From Candidatus Daviesbacteria bacterium (lineage in GTDB: Bacteria > Patescibacteriota > Microgenomatia > Daviesbacterales > UBA10151): a stretch of DNA of 64,000 nucleotides. The notes below the pieces were generated by a model. That model was not told the DNA's origin. It made no database searches and was given only the letters and a program-made list of their open reading frames with translations. The stretch lies in contig JACPKM010000004.1 of the NCBI GenBank assembly GCA_016187025.1, forward strand, positions 35,212 to 99,211. The letters are read 5' to 3'. The stretch's first letter is position 1; each line of letters opens with the position of its first letter. Shown here piece after piece: positions 48,713 through 59,293 of the stretch. The translations under genes were made by a program, and so were the position numbers.

Positions 48713-50581
48713 ATGAAGAAGAAAAAAAAATTAGGTTTAGGATTTGCAGATGAAATAGCAAAGGTAAGAGCACAAACAAACCGTTCAGAAAGGTACATAT
48801 CAGCTAATTGGACAGAGAATTTAATCCCAAATTTTAATCCTGAAACATCTGAACTTGAAGGAAAAAATAAATGGGCAGTTACGATCTTTTTATCCTTTGT
48901 GTTATTTGCTTTTTTTATCATTTTTTTAAGGTTATTTCACTTGCAAATTGTGTTAGGAAAGCAAAATAAAGAGTTGGCAGATGGTAACAGAATCCAGGTG
49001 AAAGTTATTCATGCACCACGGGGGGTAATTTATGATAGGAACGGTAAAGTCCTGGCTTCTAATTCCCCTGGATTTAGAGTTTATGATCCGGAAACTAAAA
49101 AAATACGCATATTAGATCGTGAGCATGCTTTTGAAATGGAGGTTAAAAACGATCCTCGAGCCAAAAATCTTGAGGTAGACAATATCAGAAGCTATGCTTT
49201 AGGAGAAACAACTGCACATATAGTAGGATTTTTAGGAGAAATTTCCCAGGACCAACTAAAGCAAGCAACATATAAAACACATAAAGCAGGAGACTGGATT
49301 GGAAAAGAAGGAATAGAGGCTCAATATGAATCTATTTTAAAAGGAATAGATGGTGGAGAAATTATTGAGGTTGATTCAAAGGGTAATAAAATCAGAACGC
49401 TGAGGACAAATGCGCCTATTCCTGGACAAAATATATATTTAACAATTGATGCTGATTTTCAAAAGCTAGTTTTTGAAAAGTTAAAAGAAGCTATACAAAA
49501 ATCTGGGTCTTGCTGTGGATCTGCTCTTTCAGCAGATCCACAAACAGGCCAGATACTTGCTTTGGTGTCTTTCCCCTCTTATGACCCAAATTTGTTTACC
49601 AAAGGAGAAGATGATGGAATTTTGGGCGAGATTTTAACAGACCCCAACTCACCTATTTTAGACAGAGCAATTGGTGGTAGCTATCCGCCTGGTTCTACTT
49701 ATAAGATTATTTCATCAATTGCTGCTTTAGAAAGTGGGAAAGTTACTCCTCAGACTCTGGTTGAAGATACAGGGGTTGTTAATTTGGGTACCTTTAGTTT
49801 TTCAAATTGGTATTTTTCTCAATATGGCAAAACAGAGGGACCTGTTAATTTAGTCAAAGCATTGCAAAGATCAAATGATACATATTTTTATCAAATAAGC
49901 AGACAAATTGGCGAAGAGGCCTTGACGAGTTGGTCCAAAAGTCTATATTTGGGAAAGAAATTAGGAATAGATTTACCAGGAGAGGTTGAAGGTCTGGTTC
50001 CTTCAAATGACTGGAAAAAGCAAACCTTTGGAGAGGTTTGGTATCCAGGAGATACTCTGCATATGTCAATTGGTCAAGGTTTTCTTTTAACAACCCCGGT
50101 GCAGGTTTTAGGTTTTACTTCTTTTATTGCTGCAGATGGAATCTTAAACAAACCCCAGCTTATTTTGAAGGTAACCAGAGGAAATACCGTTACTTCTGAG
50201 TTTAAAACTAAGGTTATCGCCTCAGGTTTGGTTAAGCCAGATAATCTTAAGGTGATAAAAGAGGGATTGGAGCAAGTTGCCAAAAACGGTGGTACAGCCT
50301 GGCCATTTTTTACTTTTCCTATTTCTACTGCAGGTAAAACTGGAACTGCTGAGTTTGGGCATCCCAAAAACAAGACTCATGCTTGGTATACCGCCTATGC
50401 ACCTTCGGATGATCCAAAAATTACTATGACAGTGTTAATAGAAGCAGGAGGTGAAGGGTCTACAAATGCTTCACCTGTGGTCAAGGAAGCTTTCAGATGG
50501 TTTTTCTCACCAGATAAAACTAGCTTATTAAAAGATGTATACCCAGTTTCTACTGAGTCAGCCCAGCAACTGGGAGAATGA
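48713..50581 (+). CDS. mrdA: penicillin-binding protein 2 (class B transpeptidase)
   Basis: N-terminal TM plus a dimerisation domain. Transpeptidase motifs SxxK (GSTYKII), SxN-like and KTGTA. Confidence 0.85.
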   Translation: MKKKKKLGLGFADEIAKVRAQTNRSERYISANWTENLIPNFNPETSELEGKNKWAVTIFLSFVLFAFFIIFLRLFHLQIVLGKQNKELADGNRIQVKVIHAPRGVIYDRNGKVLASNSPGFRVYDPETKKIRILDREHAFEMEVKNDPRAKNLEVDNIRSYALGETTAHIVGFLGEISQDQLKQATYKTHKAGDWIGKEGIEAQYESILKGIDGGEIIEVDSKGNKIRTLRTNAPIPGQNIYLTIDADFQKLVFEKLKEAIQKSGSCCGSALSADPQTGQILALVSFPSYDPNLFTKGEDDGILGEILTDPNSPILDRAIGGSYPPGSTYKIISSIAALESGKVTPQTLVEDTGVVNLGTFSFSNWYFSQYGKTEGPVNLVKALQRSNDTYFYQISRQIGEEALTSWSKSLYLGKKLGIDLPGEVEGLVPSNDWKKQTFGEVWYPGDTLHMSIGQGFLLTTPVQVLGFTSFIAADGILNKPQLILKVTRGNTVTSEFKTKVIASGLVKPDNLKVIKEGLEQVAKNGGTAWPFFTFPISTAGKTGTAEFGHPKNKTHAWYTAYAPSDDPKITMTVLIEAGGEGSTNASPVVKEAFRWFFSPDKTSLLKDVYPVSTESAQQLGE

Positions 50582-50630
50582 AGGTAAGCGTATACTGGAT
50601 GAGGTTGGTAAGTTCTGATAGAATTAAATT

Positions 50631-50996
50631 ATGGGTAAAACTGCTCTATTGATTCTGGTATTGTCAGTAATTTTGATCACCGCTGTTTTAACCATCCTTT
50701 TTTTAACTGATAAGAGTAAGTCGGAGCAGTATCGTCCCGGAGAGAGAAGTGAGATAGATGCTGTAATCAATCAAGCCAAGCATATTTATGGTCTTAGGAA
50801 AAAAGAGGATACTGATTTTTCTCAAGGCCCATGTCTTACTAATGCTTTAATGCCTGGTTGGGTTTTAGATCTGGTTCACAGTCCAAGACTAGAAATTGAT
50901 GACTTGGAAGAAAACCAATGTAAGAGTTTTTTGGAAGGAAGTGCTACTCATTTTGTAGAGCTTGATTTAGAAGGAAATCTGGTCAGAGTACGATAG
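50631..50996 (+). CDS. small membrane-anchored hypothetical protein
   Basis: 121 aa with an N-terminal TM. Confidence 0.35.
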   Translation: MGKTALLILVLSVILITAVLTILFLTDKSKSEQYRPGERSEIDAVINQAKHIYGLRKKEDTDFSQGPCLTNALMPGWVLDLVHSPRLEIDDLEENQCKSFLEGSATHFVELDLEGNLVRVR

Positions 50997-53510
50997 ATGA
51001 ACAAATACTTACTCCTGCCTATCCACTTAATAAAGTTTTGGTACCCAGAGAGTTTGTTTACAATTTTGCGTTCATGGAAAAACACCATTTTATTTTTAGA
51101 AGAAGATTTAGCAGTAATATTGATGTGGAAGCTTTTATTTGTTCCTTTATTTCATGATGCCTCAGTTGTAGGAAGGATACTCAGCTTTCTTTTTAGATTA
51201 ACTAGAATCTTAATCGGGCTTCTTGCCTTTATTGTTTCCTCAGCACTCATTTTATCTTTAGGCCTGTACTGGTTTTTGCTACCATTTTTACAAGTTTTTA
51301 ACTTGGGATTTTTCTCACTAATAAACCAAGCTTTTCTTTTTTCCGGAGTTGGCTTTTTCATTATTCATGTGTTTTTAAATCCTCATAAAAAAGTTTGGCA
51401 AGTACAGGAAAATAGTTTATGGCAAGCATCACAAATTAGTAAAAAAGATTTGTCTTTAAAAAAGCTTTTTAAAAGTCATTTAGTACAAATTCTTATTGAG
51501 CATTTGGAGCTTAAGGTAAAAGACCTTGATTTTTTAAGTTTCCAGGATAAGGATCAGATGGGATTGACTGCATATAATTTAGCAAAAATTACAGAGTCAG
51601 ACTATATAAATGCAAACCATTTTTTTGTAGCTTGTGTTCAAAATAGTCTAAATTACGAAAGCTTGTTGGCCAAATTTGAGCTTTCTTTAGAAGATTTTAT
51701 TGAAACTCTCAAATACCTTGAAAGGAAAAGAAAAGTTTGGAGAGCAAAATATGTCTGGGATGATGATTTTGTAGTACATCATCTAAAAGGCACGAATCGT
51801 GGTTGGCTAGGAGTACCGACTCCTGTTTTAAATCAGATGTCACAAGATTTAACAACACTTGTATCCCAAAAAGAAACTATAGATTATGTTGGAAATGTTA
51901 ATACCATCAAACAGCTCATCAGTAATTTATCCACACAAGGTAATCCCAATGTCATTTTAGTAGGACCACCTGGTTCAGGCAAAAGCGCATTAATTAGTCA
52001 CTTGGCAAAGCAGATTGTGACAGGAGATGCTCCAGAAGCTTTAGCAACCAAAAGGATTGTGCGACTTGATATTACCAGTCTTTTATCTGGAATCAGTACT
52101 CAAGGCCATTTGGCAGAAAGGGTTAAATCTATTTTTGAGGAGATAGGCTTTGCTAAAAACGTTATCTTGGTCATAGATGAGATTCATAATTTGGGAATAG
52201 GTGAGGTTAGTACCCAGATGAATCTTTACTCACTTATGCTGCCCTTTTTAGAATCTTCCAACTTTCAGTTTATTGCAACCACAGATTCTACCTCTTATAG
52301 CAGAATTATTGAAAAAAATGGCAGTTTTGCCAGACTTTTTTCCAAAGTAGAAATTCTTCAGCCCACAGAACAAGAAGTCATGGAGGTACTGGAAAAAAAG
52401 GCAATTTATTATGAAAGAAATGAAAAAGCACAAATTAGTACTCCTGCGCTCAAACTTATTATTCATTTGGCTAAAAGATATATTCATGACAGGTCTTTAC
52501 CAGATTCAGCCCTTAGTGTCTTAGAGCAAGCAGTTGCATATGCAAAAGGAGGTTTGCTAAACCGGGACTTGGTAAAAGAGGTGGTTTCCCACAAGGTTGA
52601 GGTGCCTTTACTTGATATAAAAGAGGCAGACAAGCAAAAGCTACTTAATCTAGAAGATAAAATCCATGAAAGATTAATAGATCAAAATGAGGCTGTGCAT
52701 GCAGTTTCAGATAGTTTAAGAAGATCTGCAACAGGAATAAGAGAAGAAAATAGACCAGCAGGATCGTTTCTGTTTGTCGGTCCAACAGGGGTGGGTAAGA
52801 CTGAGCTTGCCAAGATTTTGGCCGATATATATTTTGAAAAACAGGGTGCTTTTCTCAGGATTGATATGTCTGAGTATCAGAGCAGTGAATCAGTTAATCG
52901 CCTAATAGGCGTTTCAGGGGAAGGGGGAATATTAACAGAAGAGATAAGAAGAAATCCTTACTCGCTCTTGTTGCTTGATGAGTTTGAGAAAGCAGATCCT
53001 AAAATTTTAACTCTCTTTTTGCAAGTTTTGGAAGATGGGAGGTTAACTGATGGAGCAGGTAGACTAGTTGATTTCACCAACACCATAATTATTGCAACAT
53101 CCAATGCAGCTTCTTTAACCATTGCAGATGGTTTAGAGCAAAGCCTTGCCTTAACTGAGATCAATAAAAAAGTAAATACCGAGCTTTTACAGGTATTTAA
53201 GCCTGAACTTGTTAACAGATTTGATGATATTATTATATTTAAACCTTTGTCAAAAGAAGATTTGAGCAAAATAGTTAATTTAAAGCTTAAAGATTTAAAA
53301 ACCAGGTTAAAAGGGCAAGGTTATTTGCTAGATTTTGATAAAGAACTAATTGAAAAGTTAGCAGAAGATGGTTTTGATCCAGTTTTAGGAGCAAGGCCTT
53401 TAAGAAGACTTATTCAAGACAGTTTAGAATCGCAAGTTTCAAAATTAATTTTGGAAAATAAACTAGTTAAAGGACAACCTTTTTCATTAGGAGTTGAATT
53501 ACTAAGATGA
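50997..53510 (+). CDS. membrane-anchored double-AAA+ ATPase of the ClpA/ClpB family (no N-domain, no M-domain, no ClpP-binding loop)
   Basis: N-terminal ~130 aa with 3-4 TM helices. D1 has Walker A GPPGSGKS and Walker B VIDEIH. D2 has GPTGVGKT, LLLDEFEKA and a sensor region (GARPLRR). I see no IGF/IGL tripeptide. The D1-D2 linker is short. Confidence 0.8.
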   Translation: MNKYLLLPIHLIKFWYPESLFTILRSWKNTILFLEEDLAVILMWKLLFVPLFHDASVVGRILSFLFRLTRILIGLLAFIVSSALILSLGLYWFLLPFLQVFNLGFFSLINQAFLFSGVGFFIIHVFLNPHKKVWQVQENSLWQASQISKKDLSLKKLFKSHLVQILIEHLELKVKDLDFLSFQDKDQMGLTAYNLAKITESDYINANHFFVACVQNSLNYESLLAKFELSLEDFIETLKYLERKRKVWRAKYVWDDDFVVHHLKGTNRGWLGVPTPVLNQMSQDLTTLVSQKETIDYVGNVNTIKQLISNLSTQGNPNVILVGPPGSGKSALISHLAKQIVTGDAPEALATKRIVRLDITSLLSGISTQGHLAERVKSIFEEIGFAKNVILVIDEIHNLGIGEVSTQMNLYSLMLPFLESSNFQFIATTDSTSYSRIIEKNGSFARLFSKVEILQPTEQEVMEVLEKKAIYYERNEKAQISTPALKLIIHLAKRYIHDRSLPDSALSVLEQAVAYAKGGLLNRDLVKEVVSHKVEVPLLDIKEADKQKLLNLEDKIHERLIDQNEAVHAVSDSLRRSATGIREENRPAGSFLFVGPTGVGKTELAKILADIYFEKQGAFLRIDMSEYQSSESVNRLIGVSGEGGILTEEIRRNPYSLLLLDEFEKADPKILTLFLQVLEDGRLTDGAGRLVDFTNTIIIATSNAASLTIADGLEQSLALTEINKKVNTELLQVFKPELVNRFDDIIIFKPLSKEDLSKIVNLKLKDLKTRLKGQGYLLDFDKELIEKLAEDGFDPVLGARPLRRLIQDSLESQVSKLILENKLVKGQPFSLGVELLR

Positions 53511-53887
53511 AGATTATTAGTATAACAATTTTAATTTTTATAACCGTTATAACTATTATATTCCCGACCCCGCTTTTTGCTCAGACTAATATTTCAGACG
53601 TAAACCAAAAGGTTTGCAACAGGTTTGAGGACGATGTCAGAAAGTTGGCAGCTATTATGGAGGAGCTCAGACGAAGAAAAGGAATAACAGAAACAAGGGT
53701 TGCGTTTGGTGGAATTGACAACCAAATAGAGTCTGCTGATTATTGGATCACTTATGCTGCAGAGGCTGTAGCATTTCAGAGAGCTCAAAAGTATTCATCT
53801 AGTAATCAACTGCGCTACAGTTTAGAAACCCTAAAAACTAAAATACTAAAAGCAAAAAATGAGGCAAGAAAGGCTTTAAATGATTAG
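53507..53887 (+). CDS. small secreted hypothetical protein
   Basis: Signal-peptide-like start ISITILIFITVITIIFPTPLFA|Q. Confidence 0.4.
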   Translation: MKIISITILIFITVITIIFPTPLFAQTNISDVNQKVCNRFEDDVRKLAAIMEELRRRKGITETRVAFGGIDNQIESADYWITYAAEAVAFQRAQKYSSSNQLRYSLETLKTKILKAKNEARKALND

Positions 53888-54140
53888 ATTAAATTGGGTA
53901 ACCTTCACCATTATTGCAGTAGCTGTGGTTACTTTAGGAACTATTATTAATGTAGGCAAAAGTAAAAACTTAGTTAGTCCAAATCCTGATGAAGCTGATA
54001 GTCAAATTACAACTCCTTCCCCAACTGCTACTCCACAAGTATTTAAACAATATCAATTTGATTCAGCAACAAATTTGGAACAAGAGCTTGACAGCATCAA
54101 TCCGCAGATTTTGGAAACTGATTGGATACTTGACAGATAG
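53880..54140 (+). CDS. small membrane-anchored hypothetical protein
   Basis: 86 aa with an N-terminal TM. Confidence 0.3.
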   Translation: MIRLNWVTFTIIAVAVVTLGTIINVGKSKNLVSPNPDEADSQITTPSPTATPQVFKQYQFDSATNLEQELDSINPQILETDWILDR

Positions 54141-54166
54141 TTTACAATCCCCTTAAGGTTAATTAA

Positions 54167-56161
54167 ATGAACAACTTGGTAATCGTAGAAAGTCCAACCA
54201 AATCAAAAACTTTGCAAAAATTCTTAGGCTCAGGTTATAGAGTTGAGGCCTCCATGGGTCATATTAGGGATTTACCAAAAAGTGATTTTGGAGTTGATAC
54301 AGAAAACGATTTTGAACCTAAATATATTATACCCCGGGATAAAAAAAAGAGGGTAAACGAGTTAAAAAAAACTGCGCAGAATGCTAAAACAATTTGGCTG
54401 GCTACAGACCCTGACCGGGAAGGCGAGGCAATTGCTTGGCATATATCTGAATTAATTAGTAATCCAGAAGCTCAGAACTCAAAGTCTCGTCCAAATATTC
54501 ACCGAGTTGTTTTTCATGAGATTACAGAGGAAGCCATAAAGCAGGCTTTTGATTATCCACGAAGTATAAATATTAAGCTTGTTGATGCGCAGCAAGCCAG
54601 AAGAGTTTTGGATAGACTGGTAGGTTATAAACTATCACCACTTCTATGGAAAAAAGTCAAAAGAGGGTTATCTGCAGGTAGGGTTCAGTCTGTTGCGCTA
54701 AGGCTTATTGTAGAAAGAGAAAAAGAGATTATTGCTTTTAAAACAGAAGAATACTGGACAATTGAGGCTTTGCTGGAAAAACAGGACAAGAGCGCAAGTT
54801 TTTATGCAGAAGTTTTGGAAAAAGATGGCAAAAAAATCACTATCAGTAATCAATCTCAAGCTGAAGGTCATGCCGAAGAGCTAAAAAAGCTTGATTACCA
54901 AATTGAAAAGGTTACTCAAAAGCAGGTAAAAAGATATCCTTATCCGCCCTTTACTACATCAACTTTACAACAAACAGCAGCTTTTAAATTAGGGATGTCT
55001 GCCAAGAAAACCATGAGTATTGCCCAAGCTCTTTATGAAAGAGGATTTATAACTTATATGAGAACAGATTCTGTTAATTTATCAGTATCTGCTGTTTCGG
55101 CAGCCAGAAAATATATTGGTCAAGAAATTGGTTCAAAATACTTGCCTGCTTCTCCCCGGGTTTATAAATCTAAATCAAAAAATGCTCAGGAGGCACACGA
55201 GGCAGTCAGACCTACCAATGTTGGTTTTAAAAGTGAACAGCTAAAATCAGTTGAGGGAATAACCCGTGATCACCTCAGACTTTATGAGCTTATTTGGAAA
55301 AGATTTGTTGCTTGTCAAATGAGTGAGGCAATACTTGACCAAACCAGTGTTGATGTAACAGCTGGGAGCTACAAACTCAGAGCAAGTGGTTCTGTAATTA
55401 AGTTTGAAGGATGGCTGAAGATATTTGGAAAAGATGCGCAAGATGTAAGTGAAGATACAACAGAAGAAAAAAAGTCAAAAAGCCAAGTTCTTCCTTCTTT
55501 ATCAGATGGAGAGATGGTGGATTTGGAGCAAATAACTCCCCAGCAACATTTTACTCAGCCTCCCCCAAGATATTCAGAGGCAACTTTAATTAAAAAGTTA
55601 GAGGAGTTAGGGATAGGCCGTCCTTCTACTTATGCACCAATTCTTTCAACTATTGTAGAGCGTTTTTATGTAGAAAAAGAAAAGAAAAAGCTTATTCCTA
55701 CAAATTTGGGAATGACAGTTACTGAATTTTTGCTGGAGTATTTTTCTGATATTGTTGATTACTCATTCACTGCCCAAATGGAGGATAATTTAGATGATAT
55801 AGCAAAAGGGGAAAGGCAATGGAAACCAATTATAAGAGAGTTTTTCACCCCTTTTGAAAAGAAGATAGAACAAACATCCGAGGTTGCCCAAAAGGTTCAA
55901 ATGGAGATTGAGCATACAGGACGTATGTGTCCTAAATGCGGAAAAGAACTCATTGTGAGAATTGGAAGATTTGGTAAGTTTTTGGCATGTAGTGGATTTC
56001 CTGAATGCAAACATACAGAAAGTGTTGAGGAGAAAGTAAATGTTAAATGTCCTGATTGTGGTGGGGAGATTATCATCAGGAAAACCAAACGTGGTAAGAC
56101 TTTTTATGGATGTAAAAATTGGCCTGGCTGCAAATTTGCTTCTTGGACTAAACCCAAATAA
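54167..56161 (+). CDS. topA: DNA topoisomerase I with two C-terminal zinc ribbons
   Basis: TOPRIM start (LVIVESPTKSKTLQKFLG), type IA core, and Cys4 ribbons CPKCG...CSGFPEC and CPDCG...CKNWPGC. Confidence 0.9.
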   Translation: MNNLVIVESPTKSKTLQKFLGSGYRVEASMGHIRDLPKSDFGVDTENDFEPKYIIPRDKKKRVNELKKTAQNAKTIWLATDPDREGEAIAWHISELISNPEAQNSKSRPNIHRVVFHEITEEAIKQAFDYPRSINIKLVDAQQARRVLDRLVGYKLSPLLWKKVKRGLSAGRVQSVALRLIVEREKEIIAFKTEEYWTIEALLEKQDKSASFYAEVLEKDGKKITISNQSQAEGHAEELKKLDYQIEKVTQKQVKRYPYPPFTTSTLQQTAAFKLGMSAKKTMSIAQALYERGFITYMRTDSVNLSVSAVSAARKYIGQEIGSKYLPASPRVYKSKSKNAQEAHEAVRPTNVGFKSEQLKSVEGITRDHLRLYELIWKRFVACQMSEAILDQTSVDVTAGSYKLRASGSVIKFEGWLKIFGKDAQDVSEDTTEEKKSKSQVLPSLSDGEMVDLEQITPQQHFTQPPPRYSEATLIKKLEELGIGRPSTYAPILSTIVERFYVEKEKKKLIPTNLGMTVTEFLLEYFSDIVDYSFTAQMEDNLDDIAKGERQWKPIIREFFTPFEKKIEQTSEVAQKVQMEIEHTGRMCPKCGKELIVRIGRFGKFLACSGFPECKHTESVEEKVNVKCPDCGGEIIIRKTKRGKTFYGCKNWPGCKFASWTKPK

Positions 56162-56215
56162 CTTACAAGTTAATTACTTATCTTTAGCTCAATTTTAATT
56201 CTATTAAACTAGCAT

Positions 56216-56869
56216 TTGTTTATGGCCAGTTTAGTATTAGGTGTGTTTACAAACGTCTTAAACGCAAAAAATGTTGTTTTGGAATTGGAAAGAAAGGGTT
56301 ATACCCCTTCTCATATTCCTATAATTACCAAAGAAGACGGAAAGGAAAAAATAGTTGTTGAAGAGCAAGGATTAAAAGATATATTCGAGATAGCATTATC
56401 TGGAATGTTTTTAGGAAGCTCAATAGGTGCTATTGTAGGGTTGCTGGTTTCACTTGGTCCCTTACCGGCTCTAAATTTTCTTTTAATAGGAGAACCGGTG
56501 GCGCGCAGTTTAGGGATTGTTAATGGAATGCTTGCAAATATCTTATCTGGTGCAATTACCGGGTTTTTAGTGGGTGGAATTTTAGGAGCAATACTTGCAT
56601 TTATTAACAGCCAGGAACGCTCTGCATTGTTAGAAGACTCAGAAGCTTTAGGGCTGGTTGTTGTTCCTGTAAGAGTGACTGAAGAGGGTGAGGCGCGTTT
56701 AATCATAGAGGAGTTTGGGGCTGACAGTGTCAGAAGAGTGGATTGGACACAAACACAACGGGAGCTAGAGCAAGAAAGCTACAGGGAGGATGAGCATATT
56801 CCTGCTTTTTATCATGATCTTAAATCTGATGAGGATTGGGATAAATTAAAGAAAAAACCTCGCTCCTAA
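56216..56869 (+). CDS. general-stress-protein-17M/YflT-like domain membrane protein
   Basis: N-terminal V.GVF.N...A...V..L...G.....I.II pattern, then a Gly-zipper hydrophobic segment and an acidic C-terminus. Confidence 0.4.
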   Translation: MFMASLVLGVFTNVLNAKNVVLELERKGYTPSHIPIITKEDGKEKIVVEEQGLKDIFEIALSGMFLGSSIGAIVGLLVSLGPLPALNFLLIGEPVARSLGIVNGMLANILSGAITGFLVGGILGAILAFINSQERSALLEDSEALGLVVVPVRVTEEGEARLIIEEFGADSVRRVDWTQTQRELEQESYREDEHIPAFYHDLKSDEDWDKLKKKPRS

Positions 56870-56902
56870 ACCCTTGACAAATCCTGCCTTTTCTAAGATT
56901 AT

Positions 56903-58540
56903 ATGTGGGGTTTTGAATCCATGAAATATATTTTTGTTAGTGGTGGTGTTATATCTGGTATTGGAAAAGGCATTGCCAGCGCTTCTGTCGCTTTTTTACT
57001 CAAATCCGCTGGATTTAAGGTTGCTCCCCTTAAAATGGACCCATATTTGAATGTAGACGCAGGGACAATGAACCCTTTAGCTCATGGAGAGACTTTTGTG
57101 TTAGATGATGGACGGGAAACCGATCAAGATCTGGGCCACTATGAAAGGTTTTTAAACGAAAGTTTGGATTCAACAAACATTGCTACTCAAGGATCAATCT
57201 ATCTTTCAGTTATCCAAAAAGAAAGAAACTTAGAATATGAAGGTGACTATGTAGATATTCACAATGTTACTCAAGAGATTATAAATAGGATACAAAATGC
57301 AGGCAAGGCACGGAATGCAGACATAGTCTTGATTGAAATTGGCGGAACAGCAGGTGAGTATCAGAATGTGCTATTTCTGGAAGCAAATAGACTTCTAAAG
57401 TTAAAAAAGCATGATGATGTGTTACATATTCACATTAGCTATTTACCGGTTCCTTCAACTTTAGGAGAGATGAAAAGTAAGCCAGTTCAAATGTCTGTTA
57501 GGGATTTGAATGCGGTTGGAATTCAACCAGATATTCTTTTGGCAAGATCTTCCCTGCCAATTGATGTGCCAAGAATAAAAAGATTATCTTTTAATACAGG
57601 TATAGAGGATCAAGACATTATTCCAGCACCTGATGTGACAAATGTATACGAGATTCCTCTTGATTTCGAAGCACATAAACTAACAGATAGAATACTTCAA
57701 AAACTAAAGCTTAAAAGAAAAAAGAAAAAAGGTTTATTAAAAGAGTGGGGGTCGTTTGTCAAAAAGGCAAATGGAGCCAAAAAGACTATAAAGATTGGTA
57801 TAGTTGGCAAATACTTTACTAGCGGCAATGGTGTGCTAACTGACTCGTATATTTCTGTTATAGAAGCTATCAAACATGCCAGTTTCAGTTTTGGACTAAA
57901 GCCTGAGGTAACCTGGCTTGATTCTGGAAAAATAACCAGCAAGATAGATATTCTTAAAGAATACCAAGGTATTATTGTTCCGGGTGGGTTTGGATCAAGA
58001 GATGTTGAAGGAAAAATTACTACTATCCAGTATGCAAGAGAAAATAAAATTCCTTATTTTGGCTTGTGTTATGGAATGCAGCTTGCGGTAGTAGAATATG
58101 CCAGAAACGTTTTGCGATTATCTGGTGCTCATACTACCGAAATTGACCCTGAGACCAAATATCCGGTAATCCATATTATGCCAGATCAAACCAAAAAACT
58201 GCTTAGCAGAGAATATGGCGCAACCATGAGGTTGGGCGCATGGGATTGTAAACTAAAACAAAACACCCTTACCTTTAAGCTTTACGGGAAAAAATCTACT
58301 ATTTCTGAAAGACACAGGCACAGATATGAGTTTAATAATGACTTTCTGGAATCTTTTTTGACAAATGGATTTTTAATATCAGGGACAACAACAGATGGTA
58401 AACTGGTAGAGATTATTGAACTTAAAGACCATCCGTTTTTCATAGGAACCCAGTTTCATCCTGAGCTAAAATCCAGACCTCTAGACCCTCATCCGCTGTT
58501 TATGGGATTTATTAAAGCAGCGTCTCAAGTAAAGGTATGA
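56903..58540 (+). CDS. pyrG: CTP synthase
   Basis: KYIFVSGGVISGIGKGIASAS N-terminus and glutamine amidotransferase C-domain motifs (GLCYGMQ). Confidence 0.95.
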   Translation: MWGFESMKYIFVSGGVISGIGKGIASASVAFLLKSAGFKVAPLKMDPYLNVDAGTMNPLAHGETFVLDDGRETDQDLGHYERFLNESLDSTNIATQGSIYLSVIQKERNLEYEGDYVDIHNVTQEIINRIQNAGKARNADIVLIEIGGTAGEYQNVLFLEANRLLKLKKHDDVLHIHISYLPVPSTLGEMKSKPVQMSVRDLNAVGIQPDILLARSSLPIDVPRIKRLSFNTGIEDQDIIPAPDVTNVYEIPLDFEAHKLTDRILQKLKLKRKKKKGLLKEWGSFVKKANGAKKTIKIGIVGKYFTSGNGVLTDSYISVIEAIKHASFSFGLKPEVTWLDSGKITSKIDILKEYQGIIVPGGFGSRDVEGKITTIQYARENKIPYFGLCYGMQLAVVEYARNVLRLSGAHTTEIDPETKYPVIHIMPDQTKKLLSREYGATMRLGAWDCKLKQNTLTFKLYGKKSTISERHRHRYEFNNDFLESFLTNGFLISGTTTDGKLVEIIELKDHPFFIGTQFHPELKSRPLDPHPLFMGFIKAASQVKV

Positions 58541-58553
58541 TTAACTGTTACCT

Positions 58554-59276
58554 ATGAACCAAGTTAAGAAAAGGGGTTATTTTATTGTTATAGATGGAAC
58601 TGATGGTTCTGGTAAGGCTACCCAAATTAAGCTGCTAACAAACTCCTTCAGGCAAAAAGGCATAGATTTTGAGACCATAGATTTTCCGAGATATGAAGAT
58701 AATGTATATGGAATGTTAATTGGTAGGTATTTGAGTGGAGAATTTGGTCGAGTGGATGATGTTAATCCCTATCTTATGTCTCTTGCTTTTGCTGGAGATA
58801 GAAAGGTGGCTGCTCCAAAAATAAAAAAGTGGTTGGATCAAGGAAAGCTTGTTATTACCAACCGGTATGTATCCTCAAATAAAGCACATATGGGAGCAAA
58901 TCTTTCTTCTAAGGAAAGACCAGCATTTCTTAAATGGCTTGAAGAGCTGGAATATAAAACAAATGAAGTTCCCAAAGAAGATTTGACAATACTTTTACAC
59001 GTTGACTCTAGGCTGGGTCAACAAAATGTTGACAGCAAACACACAAGAAATCATTTAAAAGATGTCAAAAGAGATATACATGAAGCTAGCCTAAAGCATT
59101 TAGAAGAGGCAAATAGGATCTATTTAGAACTATCCAAGACTGACCCGTCTTGGATAGTTATAGAATGCATGGCAAATGGTTCTATGAAATCTCCAGACAA
59201 AATTCATGATGAGATTACGGAAGTTTTACAAAAGAAAGCGAAATTCCTACTTGAAAAAGTATCGCTAACCAATTAA
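58554..59276 (+). CDS. tmk: thymidylate kinase-like
   Basis: P-loop IVIDGTDGSGKATQ. Confidence 0.75.
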   Translation: MNQVKKRGYFIVIDGTDGSGKATQIKLLTNSFRQKGIDFETIDFPRYEDNVYGMLIGRYLSGEFGRVDDVNPYLMSLAFAGDRKVAAPKIKKWLDQGKLVITNRYVSSNKAHMGANLSSKERPAFLKWLEELEYKTNEVPKEDLTILLHVDSRLGQQNVDSKHTRNHLKDVKRDIHEASLKHLEEANRIYLELSKTDPSWIVIECMANGSMKSPDKIHDEITEVLQKKAKFLLEKVSLTN

Positions 59277-59293
59277 ATTGTTTCCATTAAGCT

